Shown here: positions 1-9,547 of the stretch, in pieces
Layout of the letters: every line of letters begins with the position of its first letter
Numbering within the stretch: position 1 is the first letter of the stretch
Program-made: the position numbers and the translations under genes
The notes under the pieces: generated by a model
The model's database searches: none
Told to the model about the DNA's origin: nothing
What the model saw: the letters and a program-made list of their open reading frames with translations, nothing else
Origin: an uncultured Spirochaetota bacterium
Lineage (GTDB): Bacteria; Spirochaetota; Brevinematia; Brevinematales; JAOACQ01
NCBI GenBank assembly: GCA_963835575.1
Contig: CAWIGG010000002.1
Location: 96,001 to 160,000, forward strand
Direction: 5' to 3'
DNA: 64,000 bases

Positions 1-388
<388 letters not shown>

Positions 389-622
389 CCGCAAACATGT
401 GTCTTCTCTCTTCTATTATTATAGCGGATGACACGACTATATATTGAGATATTTGGTGTTCAGATTATGGTTAATGGAAAATGGCCTCGGGTACGGGGGA
501 ACGGGAAGCAACTGCCGGGAGACGATAATGGAGAAAATTAAAAATAAAAAATAAAATTGTATTTTTGCTTTTAAAGCCTGGCTTTATTAAAATGATTTAA
601 ACTGAATTAATGGGATAAAATA

Positions 623-799
623 ATGGCTAAAGGAAATTCTTCTAAATCCAGCGAATCCTTTGAATCCACTCTATGGCAGGCGGCTGATAAGCTCAGGAAA
701 AACATGGACGCCGCCGAATATAAGCATATCGAAGCCATACGCAGAAACCTTGGCAGATTAGTTATAAAAAAAACAAATAGTAAAGAGGCAGCCGGATGA
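623..799 (+). pseudogene. hsdM: Collapsed type I R-M methyltransferase (HsdM) remnant, 58 aa
   Basis: Manual translation MAKGNSSKSSESFESTLWQAADKLRKNMDAAEYKHI (HsdM N-terminus) joined directly to EAIRRNLGRL (HsdM C-terminus-like). Confidence 0.75.
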
Positions 800-1086
800 A
801 AGACATGGATATTCCCAGGATTGAGGATTTTATTAAAAAGCTAGGCGAAAAAGACCTGATTTACCTGAACCGGCTGATCATCGAGCGCCTGAAAATACTT
901 TCGCAGGTGCGTTCGAGCGAGAAAATGGCCGAGTTCCATGCCTCCCAGCGCATCAGCTTTACCGGCCCGGACGGCGCTATCAAGAAAGGGACTATTATGC
1001 GAATGCACAAGAAAACCGTGTCGATCCGAACCGATGACGGCGAAAACTGGAACGTGGCCCCGGGGTTTTTAAGGGGTGAGGATTAA
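796..1086 (+). CDS. Conserved hypothetical protein with a small beta-barrel (SH3-like) C-terminus
   Basis: 96-aa ORF, RBS GAGG, ATGA-coupled to the hsdM remnant; GTIMRMHKKTVSIRTDDGENWNVAPGFL. Confidence 0.65.
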   Translation: MKDMDIPRIEDFIKKLGEKDLIYLNRLIIERLKILSQVRSSEKMAEFHASQRISFTGPDGAIKKGTIMRMHKKTVSIRTDDGENWNVAPGFLRGED

Positions 1087-1215
1087 ATGAGAAAGTATGG
1101 AGCCTTTCATATATGGATTTTACTTGAATTCCATACATATATCAACCGATATGTATAGAAAAACGCCATTTCCTATTATATAGGATGTGGTCATATCGTA
1201 ATTAAACCGGTAAGG

Positions 1216-1280
1216 AAAGTAAAATATAATAATTTATATTTTACTTTGGGCTTGATAAGTAAATTAGAATAACTTATAAT
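1216..1280 (+). promoter_or_regulatory. sigma70 promoter of fic with upstream palindromic operator
   Basis: Perfect 14-bp inverted repeat AAAGTAAAATATAA-taat-TTATATTTTACTTT (1216-1247); TTGATA-17-TATAAT at 1252-1280. Confidence 0.7.
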
Positions 1281-1297
1281 ATATTCAGGAATTTGGA

Positions 1298-2431
1298 ATG
1301 AATATAAAAGACTTTAAAGCCGGTTCTCTTCAAAACGGCGGCCATTATCAATATTTTATGCCCGCGAGTATCAACCATACTTTTTACTGGACTGATGAAG
1401 CGCTGAATGAGCTGCTGGAAAAAGCGGCGATTAAACTTGGAGAACTTAATTCCTTCGCGCGCCTTGTGCCCGATATTCGCATGTTCATTATCATGCATGT
1501 CTATAAGGAAGCGGTTTTATCCAGCAGGATTGAAGGTACAAAAACTATGCTGGAAGAAGCACTGCTTGAAGAAAAAGATGTCGATCCCGAGAAAAGGAAT
1601 GACTGGAAAGAAGTGAACAATTATGCCGCCGCAATGAATTTTGCCATTGATTCGCTCAATAAGCTGCCGCTATCCGGCCGCCTTATCAGGGATACCCACC
1701 GCATTCTTCTCCAGAGCGTAAGGGGAGAGCATAAAGCCCCCGGGGAATTCAGGAAAAGCCAGAACTGGATCGGCGGCGCTGCCATTCAGGACGCTGTGTT
1801 TATCCCGCCCCTGCATACCGACGTTCCGGAATTAATGTCCGATCTCGAAAAATTCCTGCATAACGAGGAGATCAAAGTTCCCCATCTCGTCCGCATTGCC
1901 ATCGCCCATTATCAATTTGAAACGATACATCCTTTCCTGGACGGCAACGGCAGGATCGGCAGGCTTCTTATAACACTCTACCTTATCAGCAAAGAGATAA
2001 TGGAAAAGCCGCTCCTGTATCTTTCCGATTTTTTTGAAAAGAATAAAGGGCTGTATTATGACAACCTTTCCGAAGTCAGGAGAAAAGACGGGCTGGCGCA
2101 GTGGATCAGGTTCTTCCTTTCCGCGGTTATTGAAACAGCCGATAAGTCCGCTCAAACCCTGAAAAAGATCATTAATTTAAAGAGCTCCCTTGAACAGGAA
2201 AAAATCCTGAACCTGGGCAAGCGGGTGAAAACGGGACAGAAGCTCCTGCAAGCCCTGTTCTGTAGGCCGGTCATACAGGTAAAGGATGTCGAAAAAGAGA
2301 TTGGCTTAAGCCCGAAAGCGGCTAATGATATGATCAGGGAATTTTTAAGGCTGAAAATTTTAAATGAGATTACAGGCTATCAGCGGAACCGTGTCTTCGC
2401 TTTTGAGGAATATATCAAGCTGTTTGATTGA
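1298..2431 (+). CDS. Fic family protein (Fic_N + Fic + C-terminal HTH)
   Basis: Fic motif HPFLDGNGRIGR; EAVLSSRIEGT inhibitory-type helix. Confidence 0.95.
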   Translation: MNIKDFKAGSLQNGGHYQYFMPASINHTFYWTDEALNELLEKAAIKLGELNSFARLVPDIRMFIIMHVYKEAVLSSRIEGTKTMLEEALLEEKDVDPEKRNDWKEVNNYAAAMNFAIDSLNKLPLSGRLIRDTHRILLQSVRGEHKAPGEFRKSQNWIGGAAIQDAVFIPPLHTDVPELMSDLEKFLHNEEIKVPHLVRIAIAHYQFETIHPFLDGNGRIGRLLITLYLISKEIMEKPLLYLSDFFEKNKGLYYDNLSEVRRKDGLAQWIRFFLSAVIETADKSAQTLKKIINLKSSLEQEKILNLGKRVKTGQKLLQALFCRPVIQVKDVEKEIGLSPKAANDMIREFLRLKILNEITGYQRNRVFAFEEYIKLFD

Positions 2432-2685
2432 TGCACTACCAGTATAATAGGCCGGTAAAGCCGGTCTATTTTTAGGAATACAGCCGTATTGATGACGAGT
2501 TCAAGCAGGAAAAACAGGCGCGAAATATCCGGACAAACTTGCCGGACCGTCAAATGAAACCTTGACTTCCATTGACTCAGGCAATTCATATCGTTCGTTC
2601 TTTTTAAATTTCATTTATAGGTTTTTTTTATCCGACAGGCTGTCGTAAAAAAAAACGGCAATTGTTGCCGGACAACAAGACTCTC

Positions 2686-2714
2686 TTGACATAAGATATC
2701 CCCATCAATAAAAT
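2686..2714 (+). promoter_or_regulatory. sigma70 promoter of the WYL regulator
   Basis: TTGACA-17-TAAAAT, then RBS AGGAG before ATG 2752. Confidence 0.65.
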
Positions 2715-2751
2715 AATCTTGGGCTCGGTCTCAGCCCTTAGGAGACAATAA

Positions 2752-3678
2752 ATGAAGTCCGACAGGCTTTTAGCCATAACGCTTCTATTAATCAATAGGA
2801 AGCGGATGAGTTCCGTCGAGCTGGCAAAACGCTTCGAAGTGACCGAGCGGACAATCTACCGCGATATGGAATCGATCAGCCAGGCCGGCGTGCCGGTCGT
2901 CGCCTATCCGGGAAGAAACGGCGGGTTCGGCGTTTTAGAGAATTACAAGATTGACAGGAACGTATTCCGCTCCGATGAGATGACCATGCTCATCACCGCC
3001 CTGAAGGGACTGAACACGGCCTTCCGGGATAAAAAGCTTGCGGAGACGCTGGAGAAGATCAAAGCGCTTCAGCCGGGAAAAGCGGCCGGACAGCGGAAAG
3101 AGTCTGTCTATTTTTCCCTGACGCCCCAGGGTAACGACAAAATGAGCTCTTTGATATCGCAAATCCGCGGCGCCATAGAGGAAAACAGGATCATCTCATT
3201 TCAATACAGGGATTCGGCGGGGAAAGAGACAAAAAGAACAGCCGAGCCGTATATGCTCAGCTGTTACGGCTATACATGGTATCTTTACTGCTATTGTTAT
3301 CTCAGGAATGATTTCCGCCAGTTCCGTCTTTCCCGCGTCAGGGCGCTTGAAATAAAAAACGATAGTTTTATTCCGAGAGACGTTGACCTGGAAAGCCGGC
3401 CCTGGGAATCGGACTGGGGACATACGGAAATGGTCCCTCTTGTCCTCAAATTCAATCCAAAAGCGCGGGGCAGGGTTGAGGACTTTTTCGACCCTTCTTT
3501 AATTGAAAAGCAGAAGGACGGCTCGCTTGTCGTCAGGGTTCCTTATCCGGAAGACCCCTGGGTTTACAGCTTTATCCTGGGGTTCGGCGAGGATGCGGAA
3601 GTCCTGGAACCGGAGCATGTCCGGGAAGTCATTAAAGAAAAAAGCGGTAAGATCTTTGATATATACCGGCCAAAATAA
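2752..3678 (+). CDS. YafY-like HTH-WYL-WCX transcriptional regulator
   Basis: N-terminal HTH ELAKRFEVTERTIYRD; WYL motif WYLYCYC...RQFRLSR; WCX end LEPEHVRE. Confidence 0.95.
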   Translation: MKSDRLLAITLLLINRKRMSSVELAKRFEVTERTIYRDMESISQAGVPVVAYPGRNGGFGVLENYKIDRNVFRSDEMTMLITALKGLNTAFRDKKLAETLEKIKALQPGKAAGQRKESVYFSLTPQGNDKMSSLISQIRGAIEENRIISFQYRDSAGKETKRTAEPYMLSCYGYTWYLYCYCYLRNDFRQFRLSRVRALEIKNDSFIPRDVDLESRPWESDWGHTEMVPLVLKFNPKARGRVEDFFDPSLIEKQKDGSLVVRVPYPEDPWVYSFILGFGEDAEVLEPEHVREVIKEKSGKIFDIYRPK

Positions 3679-3711
3679 AAAATGTTCAATTACGATAAGA
3701 CTTGATATTTG

Positions 3712-3930
3712 CCGCAGAAGGCACGGAGATTAATTCACGCCCATCGACAAGCTCAGGACAGGCGCCGACGCAGAGACCGCAAAGAAGGAAAATGGGGTTG
3801 ATAACAGAATGCGCACTGATTCCTCAATTCTCTTTATTTCCAGATTTGAAAGAGGAAAGTCCGGGTAATGAAGAGGCGTAATTACAAGTTTTACTGGTTG
3901 AAAACTTTGCGAAGGCGGCTTTGCGCGGCA
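3712..3930. repeat. Periodic inverted-repeat element with a nested REP-like palindrome
   Basis: Left arm CGCAGAAGGCACGGAG...CGCAGAGACCGCAAAG interrupted by CCATCGACAAGCTCAGGACAGG; right arm CTTTGCGAAGGCGGCTTTGCG. Confidence 0.55.
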
Positions 3931-3977
3931 TTTATTTAAAACTATAAATTGTAATCAGAATATCATAATTGTTGAAA

Positions 3978-4244
3978 TCAGCGGGGCGCCGTCGCTTTCT
4001 CAAGCATCGCCAGATCCTCAAGGGCTTCCTCCCTTGTGTTCCCGCAATATTCATGCGAGGCCCTGAAATTCCGGCAGACGGCCGGCCTTTCGTCATAGAT
4101 CAGGCAGGTATAATCAGCGTCAAGCTGGACGCATCTCACGCCGGCGGGCTTGCCGCCCGGCATGCCTTTGATCGGCGAGGAAATGGATATGGCGACGCAG
4201 CATGCGCCGCATCCGGCACGGCATTCCATAAATTTATAAAACAA
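3978..4244 (-). CDS. YkgJ-family cysteine-cluster (zinc/iron-chelating) protein
   Basis: CRAGCGACC...GKPAGVRCVQL...CLIYDERPAVC motif. Confidence 0.9.
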   Translation of the reverse strand: MFYKFMECRAGCGACCVAISISSPIKGMPGGKPAGVRCVQLDADYTCLIYDERPAVCRNFRASHEYCGNTREEALEDLAMLEKATAPR

Positions 4245-4253
4245 GACCTCTCT

Positions 4254-4433
4254 TTATGCGGAATGGATCAGACGGCTTTTATCCTTGAGATTATGAATCA
4301 ACGGAGATTCTTTTATGTATTTTTCCATTTTTTTAAAATAATCCTTATAGGAAGACGCGTTAAATTGATTATACATATTTTCCTGAATGGAAAGCTTCAT
4401 TTCTACGCAGTCGAAATCCTTCTTTTTATTCAT
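4254..4433 (-). CDS. Small partner (putative antitoxin) of a PIN toxin, 59 aa
   Basis: Manual translation MNKKKDFDCVEMKLSIQENMYNQ...; KxFDCVEMK type, overlaps the end of the PIN remnant. Confidence 0.6.
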   Translation of the reverse strand: MNKKKDFDCVEMKLSIQENMYNQFNASSYKDYFKKMEKYIKESPLIHNLKDKSRLIHSA

Positions 4434-4610
4434 TTTCTATCACCTCTTTCGGGGCCCTTATTTTTAAAATACCATAAAATACCATAACCGGCTTTAAGAT
4501 TTATCGAGTTAAACTGGTTTATCTTCTGCAGATTTACGATATGCTTGAAATTCAATATCGAACATTCCGCCGAAAACTGATGTATCCAGATAAACTCTCG
4601 GTTTATTCAT
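4426..4610 (-). pseudogene. PIN-domain toxin remnant with internal deletion and frameshift
   Basis: MNKPRVYLDTSVFGGMFDIEF in one frame, then FKHIVNLQKIK and NLKAGYGIL / PKEVIENE-like C-terminal pieces in shifted frames. Confidence 0.7.
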
Positions 4611-4828
4611 AGTGATATAGTAATCATTTTTTCCGGCAATTTCAAGTTTTTAAGAGTACTGCCCTTTTTCTCAATGCCCGGCGCCTGCCATGAGTGTTAA
4701 TTGAAGGGAACGCTGTAGCTACATATATGAATCGGACAAAAGAACTGTCATTGCAATGACGCTTCTCTATAAAACCGGCGTGGCCGCCCCAAAATCCTCG
4801 TCTCCAATCGTCCTATGATATACAAGGC

Positions 4829-4937
4829 ATCGAGTATGAGAATACAGGCGGCTTTGGAATTACTAAATCCTATTAATCCGCATTAATCCGTGAAATCTGT
4901 GTGAAATTGGGGTTATATATAAAAGCTTTAATAAAAT
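4829..4937 (+). repeat. Degenerate direct repeat, copy 1 (copy 2 at 6152-6258)
   Basis: ATCGAGTAyGAsAATrCAGGCGGCTTT...AAATCCTATyAATCCGCATTAATCCGTGwAATCTGTG...ATTGGGGT shared by both copies. Confidence 0.8.
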
Positions 4938-4970
4938 ATACAAAGGATTTTAAACCGAAAAGCTTGTGTA

Positions 4971-5873
4971 TTACTGGCGAAGCCCGCCGCCTTTGATCCC
5001 CGTGTCCTTACGTGTAATTCTGTGGCTACCCCCGGCCCCCTCATTCCACTGCACCGGCATCCTGCGCCCGTTCACCTTGTTTTTAAATTTAACCGCCGGC
5101 CAGCCTATGCAGAGCGTTCCAAAAATCCTCTCGTGCTTTTTCAGGTTCAGCTTTTTCCTCAATTCTTTGCTTCCGTTCAGGATCATCTGGTTGCCGACAA
5201 GGTTCCGGCAGGCCAGCCCGCGGGCCTGGGCGTAAAGGTCCATATTATAGAGGGCATACTGCGCGCTCTCGAGCGACAGGTAGACGCGCTTATCGGCGAT
5301 GATGAACAGGATTGCCGCCGGAGGTGTTTTGAATTGTCTGCCTCTTTCCAGCGACGCTTCCAGCTTCGGCTTGACTTTCAGATATTCGTTTTTATAGGCC
5401 GGGGCGAAAAGATTTGCCAGCTTTTCGAATATCTTCGGTTTAAAGAAAAAATTGTATATTCCTTTTGTATAATTGAAAATGATCCGGTCGATCAGGCCGA
5501 TGATGGACTCGTTGTCAATGATAATTGTCCTCAGATTGAAATTATGCGTGGGGGCATAAACGCCGTAGTCTGCGATCTCTTCCAGAAGGGCCCTGCCGAC
5601 GGGGCGTTTGACAAAATCCCTTGTCGTGCGCCTTTCCTTTAACAGCTCGTCCATCTGCGCCGGGGAGGGATAAAGCTTTTTATTAAAGGGGACGGGTTTG
5701 GACTTATCCCACGAGAGCGCCTGGAACGGGCAAACGGCTATGCACTGGGAGCATGTACTGCAGAAGGCATGGTTGATTTTGACAGTTTTATTTTCGATCG
5801 ACATACAGTGCTCATGGCAGATTTTAACGCAGATCCCGCACGCCGTACATTTTTTCTGATTGATTGTGACCAT
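4971..5873 (-). CDS. Nitroreductase family protein with N-terminal 2x[4Fe-4S] ferredoxin domain
   Basis: CTACGICVKIC and CSTCSQCIAVCP; ERRTTRDF and YAPTHNF; start set at MVTINQKK. Confidence 0.9.
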   Translation of the reverse strand: MVTINQKKCTACGICVKICHEHCMSIENKTVKINHAFCSTCSQCIAVCPFQALSWDKSKPVPFNKKLYPSPAQMDELLKERRTTRDFVKRPVGRALLEEIADYGVYAPTHNFNLRTIIIDNESIIGLIDRIIFNYTKGIYNFFFKPKIFEKLANLFAPAYKNEYLKVKPKLEASLERGRQFKTPPAAILFIIADKRVYLSLESAQYALYNMDLYAQARGLACRNLVGNQMILNGSKELRKKLNLKKHERIFGTLCIGWPAVKFKNKVNGRRMPVQWNEGAGGSHRITRKDTGIKGGGLRQ

Positions 5874-6151
5874 AAAAAACTCCTTTTGTGCAGACCCCAA
5901 TTTATCAGGATTCTCAGGATAACTCAGGATTTTCAGGATTAATATATGATTAAAAAACATTTAAATATAAAGTTCAAAATAAAAGATGTCTTTAAATGAA
6001 ATTTGAATATATCTTTATTAATTCGAGTCATCGCCATGCAATTGGGTTCTGTACAAAGGTTTCTATCAAATAAAAAAAGAATTTAAAACGAAAGTCTTTG
6101 TAATTCCAGCGAAGCCATCTAAAAACTTCCCGGTTCCCAATTATCCTAAGT

Positions 6152-6258
6152 ATCGAGTACGACAATGCAGGCGGCTTTAAGAAAAATAAATCCTATCAAT
6201 CCGCATTAATCCGTGTAATCTGTGCTGCATTGGGGTCAATTTATAAAACTTGAATAAA
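6152..6258 (+). repeat. Degenerate direct repeat, copy 2
   Basis: Aligns by eye with 4829-4937. Confidence 0.8.
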
Positions 6259-6390
6259 GAACAAGAAGGTATTCTATTTCATAATTATTTTGTATTGCGG
6301 GCGAAGCCCTTTGTGCCTTCCCATCTTCTTGTTAATCTTTTTAAATCCTGCCAATCCTGTTGAATTGGGATATTATAATAAGGAAAACTT

Positions 6391-7584
6391 TTATTGATCA
6401 CCTGTCCATCCGTTCTCATGATAAAGAATGGAAATCTCTTCGGCGGTGAGCGCCCGGCCGTAGATACGGACATCGTCCAGCATGCCGAAAAAGCTGTAGT
6501 AAGAAGGCTCGGCCGGCCACCGGTTCAATGTGTCGTATCCGACGCGCCACCAGCCTTCATAGGAAAGGGCGTTTGTCACTATGGTATTGGACACGGCCGG
6601 ATTCCCGTCGATGTAGAGGCACATTCCGGCCTTTGAAAAAACGGCGGCGGCATAATGCCATGTGCCGTCGTTATATGTCAGCGGCGTCCTGATGATGACA
6701 GGGCAATCAATATTGGTAAGAATGCCGAAATAAACCCGGCCGCTGTTGTCCATGTAAAGATGGCGGTCCTTGTACCGGCTCATATCAGCCTGAGTATCCC
6801 CGAACCCCAGCATGCGGCCGCCGGTGGTGCTGTCGGTATTGAACCAGATGGAAAGCGTCAGCGGGAAGGGGTTTGAAAATTTGACCTGGCTGTAGATATA
6901 GTTGATATCAGGCTTCATGAGGAAAGCCGATTTCTGCCTTCCGAAGCGGTCGTTGGCCGCAAAAACATTATTAGGAACGCCGTGATTATTGTTGCCGCTT
7001 AAATCTCCGGCGTTCTTATCAAGCGGATAATAGAGGATTAAACCGTTCGTCGGCACCGGTCCGGATATAATTATTTTTGTAATTGAACTTGCCGGGGATG
7101 AAATCTTTTCATCCAGGGCTTTGCCGATCAGGTTCTGCGCCATCTTCGGCACCTGCTTTAAAAGCTCCGGCAGAGAAGCGCCGGAAGCGCTCTCGCTGAT
7201 CTCCACAACGCCCGTGGAAACATCGATCCCTTTTATGACAAGAATATAAGTTTTATCCATCCTGGACAGGGTCCCCATGATGATCTTGTCGGCGTTCAAA
7301 AGCTTCCCGACCCGGGAGGCCTGGCTTTCCGTAATACCTGCCGTTTCCAGCTTCTGCTCTTCCAGTATTTTATTCAGCGCCTTTCTCTCAAGGACATTAA
7401 AGGTCTTCGAGTTAACCAGCTCGGACTGGAGCAGCTCGCCGAATGCCTGGAGGTCGGGCTTTTCGCTTTTCACTGTATTGACGATATCCAGCACGGCCGC
7501 CTTGAGCTGTGTGATATTCTCCCACTTGGAAAATGAAAAGCCGGCGATGAGAATTAAAACCATTATGGCAAACCATTTCTTCAT
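6391..7584 (-). CDS. Secreted CsgG/HfaB-like domain + LamG (concanavalin A-like) domain protein
   Basis: Signal peptide; FNVLERKALNKILEEQKL...VGKLLNADKIIMG; GLILYYPLD...YNDGTWHY...FFGMLDDVRIYGRALTAEEI. Confidence 0.85.
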   Translation of the reverse strand: MKKWFAIMVLILIAGFSFSKWENITQLKAAVLDIVNTVKSEKPDLQAFGELLQSELVNSKTFNVLERKALNKILEEQKLETAGITESQASRVGKLLNADKIIMGTLSRMDKTYILVIKGIDVSTGVVEISESASGASLPELLKQVPKMAQNLIGKALDEKISSPASSITKIIISGPVPTNGLILYYPLDKNAGDLSGNNNHGVPNNVFAANDRFGRQKSAFLMKPDINYIYSQVKFSNPFPLTLSIWFNTDSTTGGRMLGFGDTQADMSRYKDRHLYMDNSGRVYFGILTNIDCPVIIRTPLTYNDGTWHYAAAVFSKAGMCLYIDGNPAVSNTIVTNALSYEGWWRVGYDTLNRWPAEPSYYSFFGMLDDVRIYGRALTAEEISILYHENGWTGDQ

Positions 7585-7836
7585 AAAACCCTCTCTCAGG
7601 ATATTTTAATGAAACTGGATTCATTAATCAAATAAAGAAGTCTTAGCCTTTGATTGGGATATCCAACCATAAGGGCCTATCGTTGAATGATGTCCGGCTT
7701 CTTATATTCATGAATTACCAGGCCGATAAATACCATTGACTAAATCGATTTGTATTATATAATTTATTATTGGATGAAGAAATCTAATTCAAATTGTAAG
7801 AAGTTTAAAGAATAAAATAATCATGTTCAAACGGAC

Positions 7837-9210
7837 ATGGTATGCCAGATTATAGATATGAAGGTCGTCATGAGCATTTCAATTTATTTTATTATCGGCC
7901 TCGCGGCCCTGGTCCCTGTCATCGGTTTTATATTATGGCTTTTTATCCGGCGTTCAAACCCGTCAGGGTTTTACACCCCTATTGAGAAAGCCCTGCAGGA
8001 GCAGGATTTCCAGAGCGCGAAAAAGCTCTGCCTCAAACGGATTGACAGCCAGCCGAACGATTTTGTCATCAAGTATTATCTCGGCCAGGCGCTCGAAGGT
8101 TTAAAGGATTTCACGACAGCCATACTCTATTATGAAAAGGCGGCAATCTCCGCATCGACCGCGGGGAACGATATTCTTAAAACCCAGATCCATTTAAAAA
8201 CCGCGCTCCTGTTTAAGAAAATGCATAATGACAAAGAGGCATTGGGGTATTTCGCCCTTGTGCTTGACCGCGAGCCGCAGAACAGCAGGGCATTATTCGC
8301 CTGCGGGGAAATCTATAATGAATTTAAAAATTATGAAAAGGCAATAAAATATCTGGAAAGCCATCTCGCGATAAAGCCCGATCATATCAGAACCCGCTAT
8401 CTTCTCGGCGAGATCAATATGACGATCAGGAAATACCCCGAAGCCATTGAGCAATTTGAATTCATCCTTGAAAATGAGCATGCCGGTGACGATGTCATAA
8501 GACCGAAAATCATGATGCGTCTGACAGAAGCATATCTGGAAACAAAAAATTATGATAAGGCAAAGGATGTTTTACAGGAATTGATGAAGGATGATGATTA
8601 TTTTGAAGATGCCGTCATAAAAATGGTCCAGATCAAAATCAAGAAAGACGAAATTGATGATGCCCTCAATTTCATAAATCTGCATATAAATAACCTTTCG
8701 CCTGCCAATAAAAGCCTGGCCCTCTATCATCTGGGGAATGTTTATTATAAGAAGAATAAGTATGTCGAAGCGGTCAGCGCATGGCGGAAAGCGTATGAAA
8801 TCAATCCCGGAAATAAGGACTTGAAAGACCTGATGAGCCGTTACTCCCTGATCGTCGATAATCCGAAGGTGGAAGGCCTTTATACGGATGACATGAACAA
8901 AGGCGAGGTTTTTATTCATAACCTGATGAAAAACGATCATATTAAAGATATCGTCAAACAGCCGAAATACTGGATCTTCCTGAATTACGACAACTATTAT
9001 GTTATATACCGTGTTCCTCAGCCCATCCCGGCGAATGAAATTACCGAGATAAAGGCTGCGGTCAAAAAATATTTCATTAAGTGCAATTCATTTAACCTCT
9101 ATACTTTATTCGGTCTGGAATTTTCAGCCGCCGACCAGGCTGACAGCAGGGATTTGATACTTGTCAGCCAGAGGGACTTACTCAAACTGATCAACGCGAA
9201 TATTAATTAA
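7837..9210 (+). CDS. Membrane-anchored TPR-repeat protein
   Basis: N-terminal TM helix and multiple TPR repeats (YYLGQALE, YLLGEIN, YHLGNVYY). Confidence 0.85.
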   Translation: MVCQIIDMKVVMSISIYFIIGLAALVPVIGFILWLFIRRSNPSGFYTPIEKALQEQDFQSAKKLCLKRIDSQPNDFVIKYYLGQALEGLKDFTTAILYYEKAAISASTAGNDILKTQIHLKTALLFKKMHNDKEALGYFALVLDREPQNSRALFACGEIYNEFKNYEKAIKYLESHLAIKPDHIRTRYLLGEINMTIRKYPEAIEQFEFILENEHAGDDVIRPKIMMRLTEAYLETKNYDKAKDVLQELMKDDDYFEDAVIKMVQIKIKKDEIDDALNFINLHINNLSPANKSLALYHLGNVYYKKNKYVEAVSAWRKAYEINPGNKDLKDLMSRYSLIVDNPKVEGLYTDDMNKGEVFIHNLMKNDHIKDIVKQPKYWIFLNYDNYYVIYRVPQPIPANEITEIKAAVKKYFIKCNSFNLYTLFGLEFSAADQADSRDLILVSQRDLLKLINANIN

Positions 9211-9212
9211 AC

Positions 9213-9290
9213 AGTCGTCAGTCGACAGCCCTCAGTCAGGAGCCGGAAGTCGACAGTGATGCAATGCCCATCGACAGGCCTGGGTATATG
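9213..9290. repeat. 7-bp period repeat tract plus REP-like remnant
   Basis: AGTCGTC AGTCGAC AGCCCTC AGTCAGG AGCCGGA AGTCGAC AGT, followed by CCCATCGACAGGC. Confidence 0.5.
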
Positions 9291-9547
9291 GTTCCCCTGT
9301 GCGTCTTCGCGTTTAGCTATAACCGGTCTTCTTCAAGTCCATCAGCGGATTTCATATTAATCCATCTTTATTAAGCTTGATTATCATGACACAGTTGCAT
9401 CATGAAACTTGACAGGCATAGCCGCGGCCAAAAATATTTCCAATGACGGGTAAAATTGACAAAATCAAATCCGGTTTTTAAATTTATATTTAATTTATAG
9501 TAATGCCGGTTTAGTAAGCATAACGCACCGGCGGCAGGAGTCTAATT

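Noticed and set aside
2633..2645. WYL/YafY operator (CGACAGGCTGTCG; also GACAGGACACTGTC near 25645)
   Set aside because: Short dyads with inconsistent spacing, and the second lies between convergent genes; support is too weak
5874..5960. N-terminal extension of the nitroreductase ORF (ILKILSYPENPDK)
   Set aside because: Translation of a periodic repeat arm; RBS AAGGAG precedes ATG 5873
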